IMG/VR virus record: IMGVR_UViG_3300047409_000788
Location: 1 to 53,391 of that record
DNA: 53,391 bases
Reading direction: 5' to 3' (one strand)
DNA from: a virus
Lineage: Duplodnaviria > Caudoviricetes
Shown here: in pieces, positions 20,001 to 27,935 of the stretch
Layout of the letters: each line of letters begins with the position of its first letter
Position numbering within the stretch: the first letter of the stretch is position 1
The notes under the pieces: generated by a model
What the model was told of the DNA's origin: nothing
What the model saw: only the letters and a program-made list of their open reading frames with translations
Databases searched by the model: none
Program-made: the position numbers and the translations under genes

Positions 20001-20250
20001 AGCCCTGCGTCTGCTGCTGGATGGCCTGGGCCATGGCCGTATAGGCGGTGGCGAGTTGGTTGGTGCTCTGGGTCGTGGCCTGGGCCGCTTGCTGCTGGGT
20101 GCCCAGGAGGGTCGACAACTGGGTGACCCACGCCGCATTGGACTCCCCCGCTTGTTCGAGGCGCTGGAGGCCGGCGATAATGCGATCGAAGGCCGGTGTT
20201 GCCTGATCTTGGGCTGTGATGATGATCTGAGGATTGTTCGTATCGGCCAC
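17077..20250 (-). CDS. Tape measure protein with embedded SLT lytic transglycosylase domain
   Basis: N-terminal IIITAQDQAT, Ala/Gln-rich helical body, ALITQES..GAKGLGQFMPGTA..AYNAG, C-terminal AELGTPEAVVPL. Confidence 0.9.
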   Translation of the reverse strand: MADTNNPQIIITAQDQATPAFDRIIAGLQRLEQAGESNAAWVTQLSTLLGTQQQAAQATTQSTNQLATAYTAMAQAIQQQTQGYVQANAALIAHQQAQQHATAATQAWSAAWQQFLSIGGALGLVTSLEGALRSVIAFGTSVVEVGAKIQGLQLAFTGLHQSTENGAAAFGFIVRESQRLGLELLSTATTFRNFEAAAKGTVLEGQAARDIFTGFATAARGLGIQGADLTRVFFALDRMMQTNVINMRELRQLSMAMPGSMEAFAHALGTTTAGLAEMTKSGTLLATESLPAVAEEMRRMSSGIAENIGVQATTAFARLGNEVVLLKNRIAESGVLEAVTAITAAAAKALEAGRQATEARQRDAGGPLPALPGNLQGLAPDIQRRQREIAQLQAQLNPSALAQMAEIPDLGGPLRETDREAMRQRIRGLLQEQEKAIKDFQDHGLEPPSVGMPAPGPLASHLATIQQLMVEGQKKLVDIDLNATFLPSLTTAEDKLKSWQETLKAIREEFEKIPEALRRAQVNPPSGAISPFRAMIGPLAAERGLDPALVEALITQESGNNPQAVSRQGAKGLGQFMPGTAAQYGITGREFDPESNIRATVNYLADLLKQFSGDVNKALTAYNAGPRGGGIPQAAGENATFAREVLARLPSSVSGVLGQATGQEAQLRAAVDAGKPDRETLAQTMATGRAHLQAIDEEIRATDQAAAALQRLIAGYTQTKEARDQDTAAVLQARFPQNEAIQQAAETVLGLARTREAYKAEVEALDERFVALKQTADATRAAEQAQADYTAKLRDTLAVLNAPHAEKVETQLRALAARQGVQIGPQEDALLGAITARSKTLAQEKEMEQIAKRLAGNLRQTFDSLWEQVFTGGVTSFRQLGQVVVQSLQKMFAQLTSQIMNMLLNAATGTTNEQGGWEGVLARGVVGVGLSALGGSPASTAAPGFEAMFAAGGVAPHGFGSILHLAGGGIVQRPSLATLAELGTPEAVVPLSGGRSIPVDMRGSQAQPQPPIVIEIHNDYSNALPPSQLKTGKREIIKHIIDDYRSNGPIRRTFKAG

Positions 20251-20253
20251 GGC

Positions 20254-20580
20254 TCACCTTGTCCAGTTTAAGCCCATAGGCCGTGTCATCTGTTTTAAGA
20301 CGACACTATTACTGCGATCGCTCTCCGCCGCGGTAACATTATAGGCACTGGCGGTATAGGTGCCCGCAGGACACAGCAGGGTGACGGTGGTCTGGTCCGT
20401 ATCGGCGACGACTTGTTCCACCGTACTTCCCGTGGGAATAAAGTACAATTTATACTTGATCCCAGCCGCCGCAGTCCCATCGGTGGTGGTGGTCACCGGA
20501 CTCCAGGTGAGGGTACATGCCAGGGCGGGACTTCCAAGACTGAGAAGGAGTGCGAGACAGCCGAGAACTCGTTGTATCAC
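20254..20580 (-). CDS. Small secreted FN3-like protein
   Basis: Signal peptide ending ALA; TLTWSP..Y.LY..Y..SAYN..ES..SN FN3 pattern. Confidence 0.6.
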   Translation of the reverse strand: MIQRVLGCLALLLSLGSPALACTLTWSPVTTTTDGTAAAGIKYKLYFIPTGSTVEQVVADTDQTTVTLLCPAGTYTASAYNVTAAESDRSNSVVLKQMTRPMGLNWTR

Positions 20581-20644
20581 AATGTGCTCCTCCGCGCGCG
20601 TCCTGGCGCGGTATCGGGCGCTGCTTCTTCTCCCCAGAGACGTG

Positions 20645-20878
20645 CTAGGACCCGTTGTGCCGTACTTCCCGGCGTATCTGATTGAGAAACGCCGTCAGCG
20701 AAGGGTCATCGGGCAGCTGCTCGCGCTGGAGTGCGGGCGCGGACGGTATCTGGTCGGGCCAGGTGAGGAGCACATTGAAATACAGCTCCCTGCTCGTACA
20801 CTTCATCACCTCACTCGGCAAGACTTGATACTGTTCCGCTAACGCCCGGACGATCTTCGCGCTGTGGGTCTTGGCGAA
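20645..20878 (-). CDS. Tail assembly chaperone gpT portion (reached by +1 frameshift)
   Basis: +1 frame from TTT-CGC at 20879-20874 is open for 77 codons (FAKTHSAKIVRALAEQYQVLPSEV...), fills the gap before the next gene and is missing from the ORF track. Confidence 0.65.
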   Translation of the reverse strand, partial: FAKTHSAKIVRALAEQYQVLPSEVMKCTSRELYFNVLLTWPDQIPSAPALQREQLPDDPSLTAFLNQIRREVRHNGS

Positions 20879-21305
20879 ACGCCTCGACTGCTACGGCATC
20901 CCCCGTCGTCATCCCCATCTTGGCCGAGATGGCCTGGAAGAGGAACTCAAAATCCGCCTGATCCAACTCACTCACATGGAGATAGCTTCTGGTGGAATAG
21001 ACGGGTTCGCCCTGGTCATTGCGCACGTCGGACATGGGCGGGGCAATGACGCCGGCCGCCACAATGCCTTGCTTGAGCCGCAGAAACTCGGTGGCGGGGA
21101 TGTTGGCCGCCGGCGGCTCCGCGGGGGGGCCGTCTGGGGCATCCGCCGCCGGAGCCGCCGGCGGGACGGCGGAGGGGATGAGCAGTTCGCCCAGATGCAG
21201 CAGCTTCATTTGATCCGGGCGCCGAATCGCCACGAGGAGCCCGGAGACCGGTAAGGTCACTTCTTCATGGAGATAGCGCAGAAACTCGTCCAGGGTGGCA
21301 GCCAT
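20811..21305 (-). CDS. Tail assembly chaperone gpG
   Basis: Between tube and tape measure genes; ends ...VEAFR plus a short tail. Confidence 0.7.
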   Translation of the reverse strand: MAATLDEFLRYLHEEVTLPVSGLLVAIRRPDQMKLLHLGELLIPSAVPPAAPAADAPDGPPAEPPAANIPATEFLRLKQGIVAAGVIAPPMSDVRNDQGEPVYSTRSYLHVSELDQADFEFLFQAISAKMGMTTGDAVAVEAFRQDPQREDRPGVSGTVSSLAE

Positions 21306-21347
21306 ACAATCCCTTTCTGTGATCCAGAACAAGAGAAACTTGTACTA

Positions 21348-22454
21348 CTAGACCAAGTAGGCCGCCTGGGTGCCGTAGACAAAGCCGACGGCCATGGGGT
21401 TGGTCTTGTCGTCGAACACCGTGGCCTCTAACTGCAGGTCTTCGAGTTGATTGGTTTGTGCCCGCGTAAAGGGCTGGAACTGGACGCGGGGAATCAGGAG
21501 CGTGACGCCGTAGAACATGGCCCCGCCCACGGTAATGACCCCGCCCACGACGTCGGCCCGGGCCATCTTGAGATTTAATTCGAGGGCAAGCTTGCTCTGG
21601 CCCGTATAGTGCGCCAGATAGGTGGCTTCGTCTTCGGACCGGAGTTGGAGCCGCAAGGAGACCGTCCCCGCCCGCCGGGTGGCATCGAGACCGCTGCGGA
21701 CATCGCCCCCGCCCGGACGATACCCAAAATCCGCCGGGATGTTATTCAACCACCGAAACGTCCACGCGAGAATCCGCGATGACCAATCGACTTCCGATCC
21801 GCCGAGATTGGCCGTCGTTTGGGAAGGGGTGGTAGGGATACTAATAGGCGTCCCTCCCGTATCTTTGAAGTACAATTTCGCCGCGCCAATCCGGAGCCAA
21901 TTTTCGGTGACCGATGCTGGAAACGCGTCGGCGGCAATCACCCGGCTGCCCGAGCCAATGAGCACGGTGGAACAGCGGACATACGGGTCGGCCTGGGCCA
22001 TGGACAGCTCAAAGCTCTCGGCCTTGACGCCTGTGTACTTATATTGGACCCCGCCATCATGCAAGGCCTGCACCCCGATGCTTGGGAGGTCGAGCGAGGA
22101 CCCCGGCGTAATTTTTTGACGGTACGCCGCCAGCGCCCCATCTTGGGTGCCTACAATGGTGCCGAGCGTGAGCCCGAGCATGGCGGCAACCGTATAAGGT
22201 TTGGTCCGCGTCTCGGTATAAGTGAACCGATCGGAAAAACGCGCAATCTCTTGCTGCGTGACGCCTTCATAGCCAGAAATCATCTGCGCATCATTGGCAA
22301 TATTGTCATCCCACTGCTGCACGCTGGCTTCTTCATACTGGGTAAAGGTCGCCGCGGCGGGAAAGGTCCAGAGCGCAGGGCCAGCATCATAGACTGCCTC
22401 TTTATCTCCGACACTCATCATCAATTTTCTCAAGAAGACCTTCTGGGGTGGCAC
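21348..22454 (-). CDS. Major tail tube protein
   Basis: GTG start after AGGAGG; 368 aa, beta-rich, YTGVKAESFELS motif; upstream of TAC and tape measure. Confidence 0.75.
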   Translation of the reverse strand: MPPQKVFLRKLMMSVGDKEAVYDAGPALWTFPAAATFTQYEEASVQQWDDNIANDAQMISGYEGVTQQEIARFSDRFTYTETRTKPYTVAAMLGLTLGTIVGTQDGALAAYRQKITPGSSLDLPSIGVQALHDGGVQYKYTGVKAESFELSMAQADPYVRCSTVLIGSGSRVIAADAFPASVTENWLRIGAAKLYFKDTGGTPISIPTTPSQTTANLGGSEVDWSSRILAWTFRWLNNIPADFGYRPGGGDVRSGLDATRRAGTVSLRLQLRSEDEATYLAHYTGQSKLALELNLKMARADVVGGVITVGGAMFYGVTLLIPRVQFQPFTRAQTNQLEDLQLEATVFDDKTNPMAVGFVYGTQAAYLV

Positions 22455-22520
22455 TGCTGACCCTCCTGTCCATCTCCCATACCGGCTGCACCAGCGCAGT
22501 CCCCCCGACATGCATGTCGC

Positions 22521-22715
22521 TTACGGCGCATCCTCCTCCACCGTCCACGAGACAAATCGTCCTGCCGGGTACTCGGCCACAATACGATATTGCTGCCGGA
22601 TCAGGAGCAGCCCATCAATCACCTGCCCGTCGGCATTCGTATAGTGCACCTCGGGACTCTCTAGCCCCGCGGCGGCTTGCTCCTCCTCAGTGATGATGAC
22701 AGAGACGGTACTCAT
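22521..22715 (-). CDS. Hypothetical protein
   Basis: ATG overlapping the upstream stop, RBS GGAGG. Confidence 0.5.
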   Translation of the reverse strand: MSTVSVIITEEEQAAAGLESPEVHYTNADGQVIDGLLLIRQQYRIVAEYPAGRFVSWTVEEDAP

Positions 22716-23581
22716 AGGCGTTTCCTCCAGATGCGCCACGGCGGCCGCCGTGGGGGCGTTGAGACCAGGCGCACGGCCGGCGGCGCCGCCGGCCAGGTCA
22801 GGAGCCGGAGGCTCCGGTGCCGCGTCACCGTAAAGAGTTGGGCGAGCGCCGCCGGGGTCAGCGCATAGTTGAAAATCAGCACCCCATCGAGACTGCCGAC
22901 CCAATACGCCGTCCCGGCCCCGGGAAAGTGTCCAATTTCACACGGGAATGCCCCAGACGTGAAGGAGGTCGTGGTATCAATATCACTGACCGTGCCTTCG
23001 GCCTTGCCATTGAGATACAGCGTGCCATTCACTCCAGTGATGACGAACGCGCCCATATACCAGCTATTGAGCGCAATGGTGGTCGTGCCGTAACAGAACG
23101 CCAGGACATTCCCCGCTTGTTTATAGAGCCCGGCCAGACGACAGGGCCCCGCGCCATAGTTATCGGTGTACAGTCCCCAGCCGGTGGAGCCGACATCCCG
23201 ACACATCGTCAGGATGCGTTGCTCACTTTCCAGGTCCATTTGGGTTTGCTTGAACCAGGCCACCACCGTGCGGGCCGTCGTGGTCGCGTCGTTATAGGCC
23301 GACGAATTGCCGATGGCCACCGCCCCGATGCCGGTATTGGGAAACCGGAGCTCGCCATAGCCGCCCGGCCGGGTCGTGGCGCCCCAGCCACTCACATCGC
23401 TACTGGGGAGCAAACTCGTGAGGGTGCCGTGATTCCGCCCCGTGAGATCGAGCCACCGCAGCCCGCCGGCGGTGCGCGGCAGGACCACCCAGGCCGCCAG
23501 CACGCCATGCCCCAGGAGCCCCCGCGGATTGAGCGGGCGGGGGTAGGCCAGTTGTCGGAGCGGCCAGACACTGACGGGCAT
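22712..23581 (-). CDS. LamG/concanavalin-A-like virion protein
   Basis: DLTGRNHGTL, TVVAWFK, LYLNG, GSLDGVLIFNYALT. Confidence 0.8.
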   Translation of the reverse strand: MPVSVWPLRQLAYPRPLNPRGLLGHGVLAAWVVLPRTAGGLRWLDLTGRNHGTLTSLLPSSDVSGWGATTRPGGYGELRFPNTGIGAVAIGNSSAYNDATTTARTVVAWFKQTQMDLESEQRILTMCRDVGSTGWGLYTDNYGAGPCRLAGLYKQAGNVLAFCYGTTTIALNSWYMGAFVITGVNGTLYLNGKAEGTVSDIDTTTSFTSGAFPCEIGHFPGAGTAYWVGSLDGVLIFNYALTPAALAQLFTVTRHRSLRLLTWPAAPPAVRLVSTPPRRPPWRIWRKRL

Positions 23582-23593
23582 CGCACGTGACTC

Positions 23594-24361
23594 CTAAATA
23601 GCCGTGAAGTAGCACCCGATCTGGGTGAGGACATGATTCCCGCCCGTCGCATGCAGGGCCGCCACGGTGTTATGCGTCAGATACAGCCCCCAGCGCGTGG
23701 GGCAATGGCCAAACGCCTCCGCCAGCGTGAGCAACTTGGGATAGTAGCCCACATTCGAGGTCGCGGAGTTCGAGGTACTTCCCATCAGGACAAAGCCGCT
23801 ATCGAGCACATACGTACTGGTGATGGTCACGGCGGCATCACTGCCGGTGATCGTATCCGGGTAGAGCGGCGTATCGTTGAGCACCGCGTAGGCGTACACG
23901 CGGATTTCTTTATCGACGGTCGCGGTGGTGCCGGTCGTGATCTTGGCGGTAATGCGGTAGTCCACATACAGGTTCGTCGTGTTGACAATCGCGGTGGCTT
24001 CGCGGCCGGCCACAAACGTGGTCGAGCTGGCGAGGGAGGCGAGGGTACAGGTGAGGGCTGCGGAGGCCGCGTAGGCGATTTTGAGATTGGCGTTCTCAGC
24101 ATAGGTGCACCACCACGGCGCCCAGCCAAGCCGCTCAAAGAAGCGATCCCGAAAGCGGCGGGGGAGCGTGCGCCGGGGGGAGAGAACCTCAAAGGCGTGC
24201 TCCCGGTGTTTGGCTTCCCATTCCCACAGCTCTTGCGTAAAGCCCTGGGGCGTGCGGCCCAGGCGGTGGCGGTGGCGGCAGGTGTGGCACACGGCATCGA
24301 GGTCAATGCGCACCAGCGCCTCATCAGGGCTATGCACCAGGGGAGGGCTCAGCATCGCCAT
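23594..24361 (-). CDS. Putative virion structural protein with N-terminal CxxC/His extension
   Basis: Thr/Ala-rich beta body starting ANLKIAY; in the late operon. Confidence 0.55.
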   Translation of the reverse strand: MAMLSPPLVHSPDEALVRIDLDAVCHTCRHRHRLGRTPQGFTQELWEWEAKHREHAFEVLSPRRTLPRRFRDRFFERLGWAPWWCTYAENANLKIAYAASAALTCTLASLASSTTFVAGREATAIVNTTNLYVDYRITAKITTGTTATVDKEIRVYAYAVLNDTPLYPDTITGSDAAVTITSTYVLDSGFVLMGSTSNSATSNVGYYPKLLTLAEAFGHCPTRWGLYLTHNTVAALHATGGNHVLTQIGCYFTAI

Positions 24362-24369
24362 CCTTGCTC

Positions 24370-24951
24370 CTACGGTAAGGCCCAGGCGGCCAGAATGTTC
24401 GCAATACTCAACGGCCCTTCGGCCCCGGGCGCCATCGTGGCGGGACTCGCGGTACTCCCGGTGCCCGTGGCGTAGAGTTTTTCGGCCCGCGTCAGTTTGC
24501 GGCGGCCCATGAGAATCAGATTGGCGCGGGTCGTGGTGCCGGCGGCGAACGTATCGGTAATCCCCCCGCGCACGTTACTATCCGCCGCATTGATGGGCAG
24601 GGTGAGCTGGCCCGTCAACCATTCAAAAATGCGGGCCTTGCCGACCGTTAAGGCATCGACTTCCGTCCACACGATGCCGCCGGTGCCGCGATACTCGGCG
24701 GCCGGGACGATCGTGCGCCAGGCCCAAAAATCGGGCGCACTGAGCAGGTTGTAGACGCCGGCAATGGCGTCGGCGCTGTCGGAGTTCTGGGGCAGTTGGC
24801 TCAGCGTCCCATCGGCCGCCATATCCGCCTTGAGCGTAGTCAGTTGGGCCACGCTCAAGGTCATGGCGGCACCGCCGCCCGCCACGGCGCCCAGGAGGGC
24901 GAGGGCGAGGAGGAGGATGGGTCCGAGTCGTCTGGGGTGCACCATCACCAT
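24370..24951 (-). CDS. Putative virion protein, possible signal peptide
   Basis: RRLGPILLLALALLGAVAG N-terminus followed by LSVAQLTTLKAD; TRAEKLYATGTGS. Confidence 0.55.
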   Translation of the reverse strand: MVMVHPRRLGPILLLALALLGAVAGGGAAMTLSVAQLTTLKADMAADGTLSQLPQNSDSADAIAGVYNLLSAPDFWAWRTIVPAAEYRGTGGIVWTEVDALTVGKARIFEWLTGQLTLPINAADSNVRGGITDTFAAGTTTRANLILMGRRKLTRAEKLYATGTGSTASPATMAPGAEGPLSIANILAAWALP

Positions 24952-24963
24952 ACGTGGGCCTTT

Positions 24964-25296
24964 CTAGCTGTGGCGCACGGCGACCATGAGCCGGATGGAC
25001 CAGGTGCCGTGCTGGTCCGATCCATTGTCCGCCGTGGCGACAAACAGATACTCTTGCCAGGGGTCCAGGGTGACCGTATCCCGCAGCACCCCGATAAAAT
25101 CGCCGTCGCTGCCCGGAAGATAGGCCATGGCGACCGGCCAGGTTTCTCCCGGGACATCGACGCCGTCCAGCGTCTGGATACGAAACGTGATGACCGCGCC
25201 CGCGCCCAGGGGCGTCGCCAGCCCGGTCGTGAGGGCGATCGCCTGCGCCCCCGTCAGGCGGACCACGTTATCGTTGCCGATATAGGCGGTGAGCAT
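24964..25296 (-). CDS. Small beta-rich putative structural protein
   Basis: ATG after GGAGAG; YIGNDNVVRL..WPVAMAY. Confidence 0.55.
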   Translation of the reverse strand: MLTAYIGNDNVVRLTGAQAIALTTGLATPLGAGAVITFRIQTLDGVDVPGETWPVAMAYLPGSDGDFIGVLRDTVTLDPWQEYLFVATADNGSDQHGTWSIRLMVAVRHS

Positions 25297-25335
25297 CGAT
25301 GCACTCTCCGGGGGACACGCCTGTGCCCCAGGCAC

Positions 25336-25378
25336 AAAAAAAGCGGCACACCACGCACGTGCACGTGAGGTACCGCTT
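25336..25378 (-). terminator. Intrinsic terminator inside the late operon
   Basis: AAGCGG...CCGC stem followed by T7 on the minus strand. Confidence 0.6.
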
Positions 25379-25444
25379 CCACTAGGCCCGACGCCTGGAG
25401 GCCAAGCCAGGCGCGGGACACAGGACGTCTCAGAGTATGGGCAA

Positions 25445-25693
25445 CTACTTTCTCTGTTCCTCGTCCGCATGGCGACTGATGATGCGTCGAAGGGCCGCCA
25501 TAATCACCACGACATCGGCGTCATTCTCTGGGGTCATCGGGACGGCAATCTCCAGCGCGCCATCCACGATGGTCTCGCCAGGGGCATCGAAGGCATAAAT
25601 ATGATAAAAGCTCGGACGGCCTTTGAAATCGCTGAGGTTTTCATAATCCCAAGCCAATCCATACTCATCCTCAGATGTGCTATAGTCTGACAT
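25445..25693 (-). CDS. Acidic hypothetical protein (moron with its own promoter)
   Basis: RBS AGGAGG; own -10 plus hairpin leader. Confidence 0.55.
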   Translation of the reverse strand: MSDYSTSEDEYGLAWDYENLSDFKGRPSFYHIYAFDAPGETIVDGALEIAVPMTPENDADVVVIMAALRRIISRHADEEQRK

Positions 25694-25727
25694 CCGTTCA
25701 ACCTCCTACTCAGGTTGGAAGGGTTTG

Positions 25728-25767
25728 GCGTAGGCGAGTACGTCTCCACTCGCCTACGCTGAGTATA
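25728..25767 (-). promoter_or_regulatory. -10 box plus perfect 12-bp leader hairpin
   Basis: TATACT then GCGTAGGCGAGT-8nt-ACTCGCCTACGC. Confidence 0.55.
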
Positions 25768-25792
25768 ACAGGTTCTTGCGGGCGTGCCCTCG

Positions 25793-26734
25793 CTACATGC
25801 CAAACAGTGTCGTCTGGCTTGGTTCATTCCTCACAATTGTTGGTCCTGTACGACGGTGCTCATGACAGGTTCGACACTTCCGAAATCCTTCAGAATCCCG
25901 CAGGGTATTCTCTGGGGTATACGGATGGCCATGTACGCAGGCGGTCTTTTGCCCAGGCGGGAGGCCGCGTTCCTGAAAGTGTTGGCGCTTGCGTGTGTGA
26001 TTCCTCCGACATTCTTTACACGAGCGCTTCCCGTTGTACAGATAGAGGTTGTCACCTTCAAGGGGATGGCCTTGCGGACAATGCGTTTTCTGGGCATTGA
26101 GGCCGGTAATCGTCTCGCCGCGCAAGGTGTTTTCTTTGCTGGTCACGGCTTCGAGATGCTCAGGGTTGACACAACGGCGCACCCGGCAGAGATGGTCAAT
26201 CTGGAGGCCGTCAGGGATCGCTCCTTTAAAGATTTCATAAGCAACACGATGTGCCCGTTTGTACGGTGTACCAAACATGCCATACCCATCTTCGGTGCAT
26301 CTTCCCCACCATATCCAGCATCCATTCGGAATAATCTCAACATGATGAAAGAAATACATTACACGCTTATCAAGGTGTGACCGTTTTGTTTGCTTCCGAG
26401 TCCGCCGCTTTTCCTCATAGTGTTGACGTTCTTCTTCTGAGAGTGGCGACTCTTTCCAGCGGCGTACGTTTTCTCCTTGAGTTACGGCCTCAAGGTGAGC
26501 AGGATTGACACAACGTCTATTGCGACACAAATGGTCAATAACAAGTCCTTTTGCTATCGGACCAACAAAGTTCTCATACGACCATCGATGCGCAACAAGA
26601 GCAATGCGTCCGTTGGCAGTAAATTGGCCATAGCCTTGCTGCTTCAATCCAGCAGTCCAATTCCAGCATTCGGTGACAGTATCTTTCTCGACTTTGGCCA
26701 TAAAAAGGGCTTCTGTGGTAGACTTGTCCAGCAT
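25793..26734 (-). CDS. HNH homing endonuclease with two HNH domains and two Cys/His zinc-finger-like repeats
   Basis: Two CW.W..GYG..AHR..DHLCR.R.CVNP.HLEAVT units; CPQGH..CKEC and CVHGH..CRTC; AT-rich. Confidence 0.9.
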   Translation of the reverse strand: MLDKSTTEALFMAKVEKDTVTECWNWTAGLKQQGYGQFTANGRIALVAHRWSYENFVGPIAKGLVIDHLCRNRRCVNPAHLEAVTQGENVRRWKESPLSEEERQHYEEKRRTRKQTKRSHLDKRVMYFFHHVEIIPNGCWIWWGRCTEDGYGMFGTPYKRAHRVAYEIFKGAIPDGLQIDHLCRVRRCVNPEHLEAVTSKENTLRGETITGLNAQKTHCPQGHPLEGDNLYLYNGKRSCKECRRNHTRKRQHFQERGLPPGQKTACVHGHPYTPENTLRDSEGFRKCRTCHEHRRTGPTIVRNEPSQTTLFGM

Positions 26735-26767
26735 TGTGTTGCCTCTCTATCAGGTAACATGGTGTGA

Positions 26768-26812
26768 GGGAATAGAAGCATGTTCTCGCATGCTTCTATT
26801 CCCGTTAGTATA
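26768..26812 (-). promoter_or_regulatory. -10 box plus perfect 15-bp leader hairpin upstream of the HNH gene
   Basis: TATACT then GGGAATAGAAGCATG-6nt-CATGCTTCTATTCCC. Confidence 0.55.
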
Positions 26813-26841
26813 ACACAAAAGTACTCACAACGCACTGATTT

Positions 26842-27322
26842 TTAAGAGCTTGTTGCTCGGAACCAGCCTGTTGCGGAAATTTGGGCTGTAATATTTGAGC
26901 CGTCTGGAATCACCACAAAATCGTGATGCGTCAACGGCACAATCAGCGACGCCGTGACCCCGGTAGACGTGGGGTCATAGCCGATGACAATATCATTCCA
27001 GCCATCTCCCGCCGCCACGCTGGTCCACGTCTGATCCGCACAGTCCAGGTCCACGCGGTCGTTCGTATCATCCGGGGCAAACGCGGCGATATCCGTATCC
27101 GTCAATATCTTCCGCGCATAGCCGGCGTTCGTCACCTCATTGGTCGTACCGGCCACGACGGCGGCTAGCGTGTCCAGGTCGCGTAACACCGAGTCCGACT
27201 CAATGCCGGCCGTGGCGAGCACGGCGAACACGAGGACGGCGGTACTTGGATCATTTGCGTCTACTCTATTGTAAAGCTCAGCTACTCGACCTAGGGCTAT
27301 GTTATATACGAAAATTAGCCAT
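26842..27322 (-). CDS. Virion structural protein requiring a +1 shift at codon 4 (or frameshifted pseudogene)
   Basis: RBS AGGAGG; ATG GCT AAT TTT CGT ATA TAA in frame 0; the +1 frame continues FVYNIALGRVAE..GYARK..PDGSNIT to 26842. Confidence 0.65.
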
Positions 27323-27368
27323 ATGGCTCTGTGTCCTCCTACAGGGCATGCCCTGTCGTTGGTGGTTG

Positions 27369-27920
27369 TTACTCTCCCACGAGCTGGCGGGGTTGGTCTT
27401 CCACGACCCCGCCCGTCGCCGGGCCTTTCTTTCCCTCCCCCCGGCGTACCGCCGGCGCCGCCGCCTTCGCCGCCTGCACCGCCTGGTGATTCCACCGGGC
27501 GTGCTGGCTCTCCTCCAGCACGCACTCGTAGGCATGGGACATCCGAAAGCCGGCCGGGTTGGCGGGATCGGGCGAGGCGGCGCCGGCATGGGCTTGGGCC
27601 ACATGGTCCCGCCCCGCCTGGCCCGAGGGGTCGTCCCCCACATCGGCCTGGCAGTGACAGCAGTACTGGCCCGGGGGCCGCACGATCGTGTACGTGAGGT
27701 CCTCATCCTCCGTATGCAGGATGAGCTGGCCCTTCGCCATACTCACCCAGCCTTGCGCCAAGCCTGCTTCGACCAGGCGGCGCGAGAAGTTCTGCTCCTT
27801 ATGCGTGCCCGTGTGATGGAGACTCAGCCCTACGACGGGCAAGGGGTTGAGCAACCGGCCATCCGGTGCCCGCTCCGGCTCCCAGTCTGCGGGCTTGTCA
27901 TATAACCGTTTCAACAGCAT
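27369..27920 (-). CDS. Hypothetical protein (YCCHC motif)
   Basis: RBS GAGGAGAGG; GC-typical ORF in the operon. Confidence 0.6.
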   Translation of the reverse strand: MLLKRLYDKPADWEPERAPDGRLLNPLPVVGLSLHHTGTHKEQNFSRRLVEAGLAQGWVSMAKGQLILHTEDEDLTYTIVRPPGQYCCHCQADVGDDPSGQAGRDHVAQAHAGAASPDPANPAGFRMSHAYECVLEESQHARWNHQAVQAAKAAAPAVRRGEGKKGPATGGVVEDQPRQLVGE

Positions 27921-27935
27921 TGTTTCCTCTCCTCT

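Noticed and set aside
21348-22454. Considered as the missing major capsid protein because of its size
   Set aside because: Position before the chaperone and tape measure genes and tube-like motifs favour tail tube
25345-25435. Possible HDV-like ribozyme (ACCTCACGTG-like motif)
   Set aside because: Could not build the nested double pseudoknot; a terminator hairpin explains the sequence
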